Virus record (IMG/VR): IMGVR_UViG_3300045256_000829
Coordinates: 3,503-67,502 of that record
Length of the DNA stretch: 64,000 nt
Direction: 5' to 3' (one strand)
From: a virus
Shown: positions 1 through 8,746 of the stretch, piece by piece
How positions within the stretch are numbered: position 1 is the first letter of the stretch
How the letters are laid out: each line of letters opens with the position of its first letter
Notes under the pieces: model-generated
The model's database searches: none
Seen by the model: only the letters and a program-made list of their open reading frames with translations
Told to the model about the DNA's origin: nothing
Position numbers and translations under genes: made by a program

Positions 1-1205
1 ATCGATTCGAAAAGACTCTGTACACTCTTCTGAATTGATTTAATTGCGGCCGTGTAAATCTCCCATTGTCGGTTGGCGTTCGCCTCACTGGTCGAATCAA
101 CAAGGGCCAACATAAGAGGCATCGTTTTCAAGGCGCGGACCATCATCCGCTCCAAAATGGCGATGATTTTATCGATCGCTCCGAGCGACGATGAATCCAC
201 CGCCCCAACCGGCTTGTTAACTTTGACCACGTCCGTGTGAATATAAGCGTCATCAGGCTTCAGCGGGCCATAGGCGTCCTTCACTTCTTGAATCGTCTGT
301 TCGACGATCGCCTTCAACCTGTCGGGATCTTCTGCCACCTCGTCGCCAAAAGCGGCCAAAAGCTTTTCAAGAACAATTTCGAGGTCAAGGCGCGGATAAC
401 CCTGTTGAGCGACAACGCGCTTCAAATCGCTCAGCAAGCCTATCAGGAACAGGGATGGGAAAAGGGCTGGATGAACGAGTGATCGCCCATACGGCTTACC
501 CGGTAGCGCATCAATCGGGACGTATTGAATAGTCGGGAAATCCGACAGGACAACGAACTCGCCTTGCTGATACTGGCCAAATTTCCACACAACGCCTCGT
601 ATCGGATCTGCAAATTGCCGCCAGGCCAGGGTGGCAGGGTCAGGCGTAACAAGGTCCACTGTTTGCCCATCGGGACCCAGAACAAGTTCGGCCAGGAATC
701 CGCCGCGGAGGAATCCTCCCAATATCACCTTATTGAAGACTACGTTAGGATCGCCGTTCCAATCACGCAAAACCTTCAACAGGTTGTTCAGGTATTCGGA
801 AGCTTCGGAATCCTCTTCCCTCTCGGTCGTATCAGCCTTCGCTTGATCGGTTGATGCCGTTAGCGCATAGGCGTGAAGCGTCCATTCGGGATTGACCATC
901 CGAATGAAATCAAACACGCCACGCGAGATTTCCGGCGACACGTCAATCAGCAATTCAACGAGAGAGTCAATCGGAAGCGCGTCTAAATTACTGGCGTCAA
1001 GATCGAAGTCGCGCCAGACCTTAGCGCCGCCTAAGGGGCGAATCGTCTGCAACGAATTTCGAAACAGACTGCTATACGCGTCGTCAGCCGAATGCCGGCC
1101 AATCGCCGCCACGGGAACGCGAGACGACGCTCCCGCCTCGCGCTTCGTAGGCGCCTCCTTAGTCGCAGATGCCTTGCGACTGATAGACCAACCGAAAATA
1201 TTCAT
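1..1205 (-). CDS. Portal protein (3' end outside window)
   Basis: Not in ORF track; translated by hand from ATG at 1205: MNIFGWSISRK...DVSPEISRGVFDFIRMVNP...PGKPYGRSLVHPALF...QQGYPRLD..., open for >400 codons to window edge; lies downstream of TerL. Confidence 0.75.
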   Translation of the reverse strand, partial: MNIFGWSISRKASATKEAPTKREAGASSRVPVAAIGRHSADDAYSSLFRNSLQTIRPLGGAKVWRDFDLDASNLDALPIDSLVELLIDVSPEISRGVFDFIRMVNPEWTLHAYALTASTDQAKADTTEREEDSEASEYLNNLLKVLRDWNGDPNVVFNKVILGGFLRGGFLAELVLGPDGQTVDLVTPDPATLAWRQFADPIRGVVWKFGQYQQGEFVVLSDFPTIQYVPIDALPGKPYGRSLVHPALFPSLFLIGLLSDLKRVVAQQGYPRLDLEIVLEKLLAAFGDEVAEDPDRLKAIVEQTIQEVKDAYGPLKPDDAYIHTDVVKVNKPVGAVDSSSLGAIDKIIAILERMMVRALKTMPLMLALVDSTSEANANRQWEIYTAAIKSIQKSVQSLFES

Positions 1206-1213
1206 GGCAATCC

Positions 1214-1513
1214 TTACGCGCCGCTGGTTTGTGTTCTGGCCTTACGCTTGATTTGCACGGGTGTCACTGGGGCATCGTCGAGAGATTGATTCCTATTCGG
1301 TGTGCAACGTTGAGAATTCGTAGGAAGAGTGCCACCCAGTTCGAGGAAGCTGAGCGGGTTTACGCACACCTCGACTTCAGTCGAAAACGCCGATTCGGCT
1401 GCTTTTTTTGGAGAGTCTCCGAGGGGGACGTGGTGGATCAATTCTCCACAGCGCGCGCAATTTTGATCCCCCGTCTTCAGGTCAAACTGACCGGGAAGGT
1501 GAAATACGATCAT
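1214..1513 (-). CDS. Hypothetical protein (CxxC)
   Basis: Fills TerL-portal gap; start MIVFHL. Confidence 0.45.
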   Translation of the reverse strand: MIVFHLPGQFDLKTGDQNCARCGELIHHVPLGDSPKKAAESAFSTEVEVCVNPLSFLELGGTLPTNSQRCTPNRNQSLDDAPVTPVQIKRKARTQTSGA

Positions 1514-1548
1514 ACTGTCTCCGGATTGTAAGGATTGCGCCGCAGCCC

Positions 1549-3408
1549 TTATTTTATGCCCTTTGGCGTCCAGCCGCCAGTGCTGCCCTGCCCTAAAACG
1601 CCAACCGAACCGCGCGGCATCGATTCGAGCGCGATATGGCAATAAACCGAAGCGTGATAGAGATGATCCGGCGCTGTATGCTCCCAACTGGCCCGCTCCT
1701 GACCGTGATCATCTTTCGTGATAACGCGAATGGGCGAACACATCATTGCGACGAACTCGGGGTCATTCGCGATTTCAGGCGAGCAAACAACGTCCTCGCC
1801 TTCGATCGCTGCATATACGGCGTCCATCGCCATCGTGCGGTTAACTTGAACGACGTCCGAATCCGCCGCCGCGCTCTTGATGTCGGCCCGCGCCCTGAAC
1901 CGCTTGCGCTCGATCGCGGTTTGCTTCTTTCGTTCCTCGCTCGATCCCAGCGCGAACAACTTGCCGGACAGCGCCGCAACGCCTTCGGGATAGTAGGCAC
2001 GCCTGACGCGCCCTTTGAATTTCTCTGCCCATTCTTTGGCCTTGTGCAATTCAGGGTGAGCATCGACGACGCAAGAGCGAACCTTGTATCGATCCATCAG
2101 CGCCGACAATTCTGCCCATCTATCAACCGCGCCAACCGCCCGGATATAGCGCCTGCCGTCTTCGCCCGTTGAATCGATTCGATAATGCAGCTTTGCGCCA
2201 ACGTCGATGCCCATTGTCGTGCGGGTCCACTTCATTAACGCGAAAGCTCTTTCATCGTAATCGACGGCAAGCTTCTGAAGCATCGCCGCCGTAATGCGCG
2301 AGTCGGCCGGCGCATAAGCGATTCCCAAATCGGAGCGATAGAACTCGGTTTTGATCGTGGGATCGTGAGAGACGGCGAGTTCCGCCAACTCTTCGAGCTT
2401 AACCGAGGGGAAGGCGAGCGCCGGGATTTGATACCCGTGCCATTTCGTCGCCTCAGGGTTCGTAACTCTCCATCGGCCAGGTCCGAATCGGTCGATTTCC
2501 CCTTTGCAGTGAGGGCAAAAAACGGCCCACGCTGCGCCGGAAAGCCGAAGGAGTGTCCAATGCTTCCATTCTTGGTAATCGGCCCCACTGGCGCGAACGT
2601 CCCGAAAATAATCAAGCTCTGTGAACGTTCCGCACTTCCCGCACTCAACCTCCCATACCCGCTGATCGCTCTGTTTATATAAAGCGTCAATTCCCATCCC
2701 TGGCAAAGTTGGAGTCGAAATGCACAGCTGCCGCTTGATCAAACTTTGGCGCAGTCGCTTGCGGGCAAGCTCAACGGCCGCGGGGTCCATTCGGTCGAAC
2801 TCGTCCAGGATCAAAACGTCTGCCGGGAACGAAAGCAGCGCTTCAACAGACCACGCGCCGCGAAGGTACAGATAGGAATCCTGAATCTGTTTGAACTTCA
2901 CGTCGTCGAAATCCGAATCAGCGAACAGCGCGGAAAAGTATTCCGATTCGCGCTTGAGGCCTGTGAATCGCTCTTTCGAGAAGTCGGACAGGGCTTCTTT
3001 TGTCGGGAAGCAGTAAGCAACGTTTAAGCCAGCCTTGGGAACGCCTGCTTGCGCCGACCATTCCTTGTAACCTTCGACCATTGCGTGAACGGCGTAATTG
3101 ACCGCGAATTCGCTAATGCCAACCTGAGCAGGCTTCTTGACGCAGATATTCCGGTGATCATCGCGATAAACCCCTTCGAGCGGTCGAAAGCGGGCAAGGG
3201 AGAATGGTTGATCGTCGATGCGTCGATATTGCAACGCCCATTCGAGGCGCGGGAATGTGATCACCGCTTTTTCCTCGTTTGCTTCATCGATCGAATCGGC
3301 CACGCCCTGCAAAATCTCACGACGGCGCGCGAGACTGCGCCGCGCCTGCGCCTTGTAATACCAGCTATATCGAGGCGCGTATTCCCAAGGTGTCTTGTAA
3401 CGTCTCAC
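1549..3408 (-). CDS. terL: Terminase large subunit, lambda GpA family
   Basis: KKPAQVGISE Walker A, ILDEFD Walker B, ISTPT motif, CxxC...CxxC Zn ribbon, GIDVG nuclease motif. Confidence 0.93.
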   Translation of the reverse strand: MRRYKTPWEYAPRYSWYYKAQARRSLARRREILQGVADSIDEANEEKAVITFPRLEWALQYRRIDDQPFSLARFRPLEGVYRDDHRNICVKKPAQVGISEFAVNYAVHAMVEGYKEWSAQAGVPKAGLNVAYCFPTKEALSDFSKERFTGLKRESEYFSALFADSDFDDVKFKQIQDSYLYLRGAWSVEALLSFPADVLILDEFDRMDPAAVELARKRLRQSLIKRQLCISTPTLPGMGIDALYKQSDQRVWEVECGKCGTFTELDYFRDVRASGADYQEWKHWTLLRLSGAAWAVFCPHCKGEIDRFGPGRWRVTNPEATKWHGYQIPALAFPSVKLEELAELAVSHDPTIKTEFYRSDLGIAYAPADSRITAAMLQKLAVDYDERAFALMKWTRTTMGIDVGAKLHYRIDSTGEDGRRYIRAVGAVDRWAELSALMDRYKVRSCVVDAHPELHKAKEWAEKFKGRVRRAYYPEGVAALSGKLFALGSSEERKKQTAIERKRFRARADIKSAAADSDVVQVNRTMAMDAVYAAIEGEDVVCSPEIANDPEFVAMMCSPIRVITKDDHGQERASWEHTAPDHLYHASVYCHIALESMPRGSVGVLGQGSTGGWTPKGIK

Positions 3409-3905
3409 GCGTTGCCGTTCCGGATTGAGCGAATATCAAACGTGCGTAACAACTTTTCCCACTTTGAGGGATAGAGAGCGAGCAATGGCGCCTCGAAGAG
3501 ACGCCGACGCATAATCGGCGCGGCTTCCTCTTCGGACATTCGGCGGTTCGCTTGAATGCAAAGCTCGTAACTGTGGCACGAATCCCAATGCTCCCCGCCG
3601 TCAGTTCGGCCGACGCCGACGAGAAGATCCCTGCAAGCCTGTGCGGCAAGAAGCTGTTGCATCTTGTCCCATTCCTTGTAGGGAATCGCTTCCCAATCCT
3701 GTTTGGGATTTGCGAACACTCGGCGCACGAATCCGGCGGCCGCGTGCCAGGCGAACGGTTCCTCATAGGCGTTGACCGTAAACCACGTTTGAAGGCGGAT
3801 ACCGGTTGGAAGGTCAGTTTCCTCACGCCAAAGATTGTTTCCCGTGAGTTGGAAAATCGAGAAAAGCGGATTGTCGTATGCGAGCTGTTGACGCGGAGTC
3901 ATCAA
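3405..3905 (-). CDS. Hypothetical protein between TerS and TerL
   Basis: 166 aa; 4-nt start/stop overlaps on both sides. Confidence 0.7.
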   Translation of the reverse strand: MMTPRQQLAYDNPLFSIFQLTGNNLWREETDLPTGIRLQTWFTVNAYEEPFAWHAAAGFVRRVFANPKQDWEAIPYKEWDKMQQLLAAQACRDLLVGVGRTDGGEHWDSCHSYELCIQANRRMSEEEAAPIMRRRLFEAPLLALYPSKWEKLLRTFDIRSIRNGNA

Positions 3906-4537
3906 TTGCGCTCCCTGCTAATTGTGATCGGTGAGTCTTTGAGGATCTTGTCGAGGTCCTCACTCGAAATGTTTTCCCAATCGATTTCGTCGAGCGGGTG
4001 AGTTCCAGGGGCAAGGCCTGTCGCGAGCATTCCCATTTCGAGGGCGAGGCGTATGGTGTTTACGATCGAGTTCGCATTCCAGCGCGCCGGCTTGATGATG
4101 ATCGTTTCCCCGTTCTCTCCCTTTCTCTCTTCCTTCTCGATCGGGTACGCCAGCATTTCCTTGCCGCGCTTCATCAACTGCCGACCATAGTCGAAAACTT
4201 CTTCGCGGAATTCCTGCCGGCGTTTCGCCCATTTCGCGGCTTCGCTCGCGGCGTTTTCGCGAATGAGCGCCTCGAAAATTTCCTCAGTTCTCTGGTCGTT
4301 ATGAGCGAGGAAAGCACGGATGCGGGATTGCCATTTGTACTTAGTCGAATAGGAGTCGATTGTGGGGAGGCTGATACCAGTGCGTTTAACGACTTCCTTG
4401 TGAGTACGGTTCGGGCCGATTTCACAGTAAATCTTGAACGCCTCGTACGCCTTGACCGGCTCATTCGATTGCTGATGCCAGTCTCGCGCCTCGATGGGAT
4501 TCTGTTCTGGTTTTTTGGATTTACTTCTCTGTGCCAT
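3902..4537 (-). CDS. terS: Probable terminase small subunit
   Basis: N-terminal HTH (AYEAFKIYCEIGPNRTHKEV...WQSR) plus helical oligomerisation region; upstream of TerL. Confidence 0.7.
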   Translation of the reverse strand: MAQRSKSKKPEQNPIEARDWHQQSNEPVKAYEAFKIYCEIGPNRTHKEVVKRTGISLPTIDSYSTKYKWQSRIRAFLAHNDQRTEEIFEALIRENAASEAAKWAKRRQEFREEVFDYGRQLMKRGKEMLAYPIEKEERKGENGETIIIKPARWNANSIVNTIRLALEMGMLATGLAPGTHPLDEIDWENISSEDLDKILKDSPITISRERN

Positions 4538-4567
4538 ATGCGCCCCCTTAATCAATGCAGCGAAACG

Positions 4568-4621
4568 CATTATGTGTACAGTGAAAAAAAAAGGCAACCC
4601 ATGGAAACTATGGGTTGCCTT
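4568..4621 (-). terminator. Intrinsic terminator overlapping a probable terS promoter
   Basis: 12-bp stem AAGGCAACCCAT/ATGGGTTGCCTT then T-run on - strand; TTGCCT-17bp-CATAAT starts inside it. Confidence 0.75.
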
Positions 4622-4655
4622 ACTTAGTCGATTATTCCCGCTTCACCGCTCTCAT

Positions 4656-4922
4656 CTACGCGGCGCGGCTCTTTGGTTTCCTCGTCGCCTTTTTCTTTTG
4701 CGGATTCCTGCGGCCGGTATTCGGCCGCGCGCCACCACGCTTACGGACAGAAAATTCAGGACCGAGCGCCAACCGTACAATATTCTGAGGTGTCAAGGTT
4801 GAAACATACTCGCGGACCTGTTCCAATGACATGCCGGAGCGCTGAAGGGTTGACCCCGCCAGCGTGTACAGGATCACGGTTTCGGCGTCGTTAAAGTCGA
4901 GATTGTAGATTTTGAGAGCCAT
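4656..4922 (-). CDS. Small basic protein with RGGARPNTGR motif, probably DNA-binding
   Basis: AT-hook-like motif and K/R-rich tail; last gene of a two-gene cassette. Confidence 0.65.
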   Translation of the reverse strand: MALKIYNLDFNDAETVILYTLAGSTLQRSGMSLEQVREYVSTLTPQNIVRLALGPEFSVRKRGGARPNTGRRNPQKKKATRKPKSRAA

Positions 4923-4978
4923 TGTTAGTGGTAAAGCGAAAGCCAGCCAGAGCGGCTACCCTGCGCGGGCTTTTCGCT

Positions 4979-5224
4979 TTATTTCTTTCGCAGTAACCCC
5001 TTCGACGCCAAACCATCCATCGCGCTCAAGCCCGTATTTGGGTACTTACCCGAAGCAATTCGGGCAGCGCCGGAAACCTCTTTCGCTCTCGATCTTGCCG
5101 GGTATTGCCAAGCGCACCCGTCAATCTCGTCGGCTAACATTTCGAGAGAAAGCTGCTTTTCGCCAGCGGTCAAATCGGACTTTTCAATTTCGGTAATTTT
5201 AGCCTCGTATTCAGATAGATTCAT
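4979..5224 (-). CDS. Hypothetical protein
   Basis: AAGGAG RBS before MNLSEYE; directly behind a strong promoter. Confidence 0.7.
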   Translation of the reverse strand: MNLSEYEAKITEIEKSDLTAGEKQLSLEMLADEIDGCAWQYPARSRAKEVSGAARIASGKYPNTGLSAMDGLASKGLLRKK

Positions 5225-5269
5225 CTCGATTCTCCTTGTTAGTAGCAACCCCATTGCTGCGATGGGCGG

Positions 5270-5319
5270 ATTATACTCAAAGGTGAGCTTGAGTCAAGCA
5301 AATTCACCTTTGAGTATAA
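5270..5319 (-). promoter_or_regulatory. Sigma70-like promoter inside a perfect 16-bp inverted repeat
   Basis: TTGACT-16bp-TATAAT; arms TTATACTCAAAGGTGA (5271-5286) and TCACCTTTGAGTATAA (5304-5319). Confidence 0.8.
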
Positions 5320-5362
5320 ATTATTCGGTAAATCGAAAACGAATAAAGAGCAGGGCAGGGAA

Positions 5363-5638
5363 CTACGCGGCCGTTGCCACTTGATTGCCTTCGGCTTGCG
5401 CCTCGTTAATGCACATTAGGCACATCGGTAAATCCACCATTTGATGCCTCGGGCACATCTGGATTTGAAATACCCACTTGTCCCCCTGTTGAACGGGGGA
5501 GATTGCCCCTGTTTCCATTGCGCGCAGCAAGACTTGACTCAATTCGAGAGAGTACAAATCGTTCATTTGGTTTAAGTTCACTGGCTCGCTTGCCAGTGCC
5601 TCGGCCCGCGCGCTGTACGAGTTTTTCTGTGATGGCAT
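5363..5638 (-). CDS. Hypothetical protein, Cys/His-rich C-terminus, overlapping the frameshift extension
   Basis: GGAGG 8 nt before ATG 5638; CPRH...CLMC. Confidence 0.5.
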   Translation of the reverse strand: MPSQKNSYSARAEALASEPVNLNQMNDLYSLELSQVLLRAMETGAISPVQQGDKWVFQIQMCPRHQMVDLPMCLMCINEAQAEGNQVATAA

Positions 5639-6155
5639 GACTAACACCTCCGTCTCGCAACGCAGAGATTACCGCGTCGGTGATTTTCCCTAAATTGATA
5701 CTCTTCGCCTGTCGGCTGGTCATGTTCGGACAAGGCCGATTGACGATCGTTTGAGCGTAACGCTGCTTTGACCATTTAAGCCGCTTGCGAATGATAACAA
5801 AGTACCCACCTTTGGCCCTGTCCCGGCATTCGATTTCATAGCGAAACCATTCGGTTTGCTCGCCCGGTTTTTGTGGGGCATTTCCACCTAAATTTGTAGG
5901 GTATTTCGGGATTTGCCCCACGTTTTTTTGTGGGGCATTTCCGCCTAAGTTTTGTGGGGTATCTTGTGGGGTATTTCCGGGTAAACCTTTAGGTGTATTT
6001 ACGTTTATCGGATTTTGCCCCACTTTTTGAGCAGGGAAATGCCCCACATTATTTTGTAGGGCATTTCCCGCTGATTTTGCAGTCGTTTGAGGCTGACTTT
6101 TAACACCTTGAGCCGACCCAACCGCGCCTCGTGATTGCGTCGTGTCGGCTACGGT
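5406..6155 (-). CDS. -1 frameshift extension of the 6149-6898 membrane protein (repeat linker + basic domain)
   Basis: About 249 open codons; no convincing own start seen; entered in -1 frame at G_GGA_AAA (6161-6155). Confidence 0.7.
   Translation of the reverse strand, partial: TVADTTQSRGAVGSAQGVKSQPQTTAKSAGNALQNNVGHFPAQKVGQNPINVNTPKGLPGNTPQDTPQNLGGNAPQKNVGQIPKYPTNLGGNAPQKPGEQTEWFRYEIECRDRAKGGYFVIIRKRLKWSKQRYAQTIVNRPCPNMTSRQAKSINLGKITDAVISALRDGGVSHAITEKLVQRAGRGTGKRASELKPNERFVLSRIESSLAARNGNRGNLPRSTGGQVGISNPDVPEASNGGFTDVPNVH
5871..6066. repeat. Array of TTGTRGGGYATTT motifs, 6 direct + 3 inverted
   Basis: Direct copies at 5871, 5894, 5928, 5952, 5964, 6054; inverted TGCCCCAC cores at 5914, 6016, 6040. 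Confidence 0.85.
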
Positions 6156-6898
6156 TTTCCCGGCGCATCCGGTTTGCCGTCGCCGTCGCGGTCCCATTCC
6201 CAACTGGCTTTGACCAGCGCGCCGCCGACGATCGACACGAACGCTTCGAGGTACGCAAAGAAAGTCAGGAACGGCATGAACCGCTCCATGACCTCTTCGG
6301 GCGTCTCGATCTTCTTATCGCCGTCCCTGGTGATGACCTTTACCGGCGCCATATCAACAACGGGCAGCTGAAACGCGTCGGGGGTGGCGTCGGCTGATGG
6401 CCGCGGCGCTCCCAAAACTGACCGGCGCATTTGCGGCGGCAAGAGACTTAAACGCTTGTTCTCGGCGTTCAACTGCGCTGTCTGATTTTTCAATAGTTCA
6501 GATTGATTCTTCAGCAGTTCGGATTGCGCGCGATCTTCGGCCAGTTTGAGTTGCGCTTGTTTACGCTGGCGCTCATCAAGACGGTCCTCTTCTTCGTGCT
6601 TTCTGGCCATATTGGCTGAAGCGATTTCGACCTGACGGGCCAGAATCCAGTGAGAGCCGACGTTGACGCACAGCAACACAGACACAACAACGTCAAGGAA
6701 AATACAGGATCGCTGCGTTTTAAGCGTCGCCTGTCGTGAGCGCCAGGTGATGACGGTCACAACGCCTACTGTGATTAGCAGTAGGATAGTCGCTTTTACA
6801 AACGATTTGGGGAATACATCGAAGTTTGACATCCCAACCAATACCCCAGGCAGGATGACGAGGAAAATAAAAAGCACAGACTTTCGCCAGGAATCCAT
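6149..6898 (-). CDS. Membrane protein (about 4 TM segments + coiled coil, C-terminal DxDGDG motif)
   Basis: Three hydrophobic segments near N-terminus, one near C-terminus; ends WDRDGDGKPDAPGKP. Confidence 0.8.
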   Translation of the reverse strand: MDSWRKSVLFIFLVILPGVLVGMSNFDVFPKSFVKATILLLITVGVVTVITWRSRQATLKTQRSCIFLDVVVSVLLCVNVGSHWILARQVEIASANMARKHEEEDRLDERQRKQAQLKLAEDRAQSELLKNQSELLKNQTAQLNAENKRLSLLPPQMRRSVLGAPRPSADATPDAFQLPVVDMAPVKVITRDGDKKIETPEEVMERFMPFLTFFAYLEAFVSIVGGALVKASWEWDRDGDGKPDAPGKP

Positions 6899-6901
6899 GT
6901 T

Positions 6902-7015
6902 GCCTCTTTTCTTTTAGAGGCCGGGAGGCTACAAAGGGCGTCGCCCGTCGCCCGACCTACTGTAACTAGGTTTAAGAGCGCCGAAGGGTTTCAGCCTTCG
7001 ACGCTCGGTGACGGG
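6902..7015 (-). ncRNA. Candidate structured 5' leader (three-way junction + RBS-occluding hairpin)
   Basis: CCCGTC/GACGGG closes GAGCGTCGAAGG/CCTTCGGCGCTC and ACCTA/TAGGT stems; GCCTCT/AGAGGC pairs with RBS. Confidence 0.5.
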
Positions 7016-7052
7016 TGAAAGGTTAGCACAGAGGTGAGAATTCAGAAAAACG

Positions 7053-7433
7053 CTAGGACTGAGTGACCTCGCCAACCGGGTAAATAAAGCGTTTTTCGCG
7101 AGTGATTTTCTCCCCGGTGGCAAATCGCATTTGAAAATCCATAACGTATTGGCGAGCGGTCATGAGCGCGGTTTTCGCATGGGGGACCTTTATCTTGAAG
7201 GACACCTGACCAGCTGAACCGTTCTCCGTGATCACCCCATCAGAGGTAGGCGTCGCGGTAATGGTTATCTGCGCGGCCGCCTGCACGTCTGATTGCGCCT
7301 CGGTTTCTTTAATCGTCAAAATGACCTGATCAATATCGGTTCCAATGGGAGCGCCCTTATAAATGCGCTCAAAGATCCAATCATCCCCAATTACGAAATC
7401 ATTGTTTTGAATCAAATTCTCGGAAAAGGGCAC
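7053..7433 (-). CDS. Virion accessory beta-sandwich protein (BppU N-terminal-like)
   Basis: GDDW...TIK...YVMDFQMR pattern, 126 aa. Confidence 0.55.
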   Translation of the reverse strand: MPFSENLIQNNDFVIGDDWIFERIYKGAPIGTDIDQVILTIKETEAQSDVQAAAQITITATPTSDGVITENGSAGQVSFKIKVPHAKTALMTARQYVMDFQMRFATGEKITREKRFIYPVGEVTQS

Positions 7434-7460
7434 ACATCCTCCGATCAGACAAGTCAGCCG

Positions 7461-8735
7461 TTAAACCTTCGTCACTACCTTGTCGATAAAATTCAGAAAC
7501 AGCGTCCGCTTATTCGTGAGGCTCACAAACAGGACTTCGCGGTTCGTCGGCAGGAACGGTTGATAACCAGCGGGACCTTGATCGACTGTAATAGCGCCGA
7601 AGGCCTCCAAGGATAAAATTGCGGCAGGCGCGATGAACTGAGCGATCACAACCGTAAGCGAGCCGAACGATTCACCGGTCACTATTCCTGCCGGCAAGAC
7701 AGAGATTCCACCCGGCGTTAGAGTGGGAGAGCCGAAGGATTCGGCGCTTGGAATGCCTGCCAGCGTGAACGACAAATTCAGCCTTGACGACCCAAACACT
7801 TCAGATGACAGAATCGCCTGAGGCGTGAGATTCAGGTTGATTTGAGGCGCGCCAAAACTCTCAGCCGAAGGGATGCCGGCAACAGACAGAGCGATTGCGC
7901 CCGGCGTGAGCGTGAGCGCGCCGAAGGCTTCAGCCGTGCCAATACCGAAGGGTTGAATAATCAACCCTCCCGTTTGAATAATGTGCGAGCCGAACGCCTC
8001 AGCCGATGCGATCCCTGAAGCCGAGATAGTGACGGAGCCAACCGCGACAGCGTGCGAACCGAACGCCTCAGCTGAGGCGATGGCCTGGCCATAAATGACA
8101 AGGTTGAGAGCGTGCGAGCCAAAGGCCTCGTTCGAGCCGATCCCGCTTACAAAAATCTTCAAACTGAGCGAGGGCGCACCAAAATTCTCAGCTGATGCGA
8201 TGCCTAACACGGTGATCAGGTACGCCGCATTGACAGAGTGAGAACCGAACGATTCGGCCGACGCGATAGCCGAAGGGGACACGTTGATAGCGCCAGGGGA
8301 GATAATCGAGGTTCCAAAACTTTCCGCAGATGCGACGGCCGAAGGCGAAACCGTAACAGATCCAATCCCGACAACTACAGCGCCAAAAGATTCAGCCGTA
8401 GCAATACCCGAGAGCGAGAGAACGACAGCGCCAGGGGACACAGCCACATTACCAAAAGCTTCAGCCGTCGCAATGCCTGAGGGCGACAAGGCGACGGCGC
8501 CCGGAGACACGACCGCGCCGCCGAACGCTTCAGCGCTGGCAACACCACCTGGCGCAACAGTGACGGGACCGGGCGACACAACCGCATCGCCAAAAGCTTC
8601 AGAACTCGCAATACTGCCCGGCGCAACATTGACAGCGCCAGGAACAATAGTTGAGGAACCGAAGGTTTCAGCAGAGTTGATGGCCGAAGGCGATAGGTTT
8701 TGCGCGGCGGGAGTACTCAGTAATAAGAGCAGCAT
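7461..8735 (-). CDS. Repeat-rich virion fibre-like protein
   Basis: 17 GIxSAE(A/S)FG repeats of about 20-24 aa. Confidence 0.75.
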   Translation of the reverse strand: MLLLLLSTPAAQNLSPSAINSAETFGSSTIVPGAVNVAPGSIASSEAFGDAVVSPGPVTVAPGGVASAEAFGGAVVSPGAVALSPSGIATAEAFGNVAVSPGAVVLSLSGIATAESFGAVVVGIGSVTVSPSAVASAESFGTSIISPGAINVSPSAIASAESFGSHSVNAAYLITVLGIASAENFGAPSLSLKIFVSGIGSNEAFGSHALNLVIYGQAIASAEAFGSHAVAVGSVTISASGIASAEAFGSHIIQTGGLIIQPFGIGTAEAFGALTLTPGAIALSVAGIPSAESFGAPQINLNLTPQAILSSEVFGSSRLNLSFTLAGIPSAESFGSPTLTPGGISVLPAGIVTGESFGSLTVVIAQFIAPAAILSLEAFGAITVDQGPAGYQPFLPTNREVLFVSLTNKRTLFLNFIDKVVTKV

Positions 8736-8746
8736 TGATTACTCCC

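Noticed and set aside
237-1251. Short ORFs listed in the track at 237-1251
   Set aside because: Shadows of the unlisted - strand portal gene
5871-6066. Possible mini-CRISPR array
   Set aside because: Repeats are 13 bp, irregularly spaced and in both orientations
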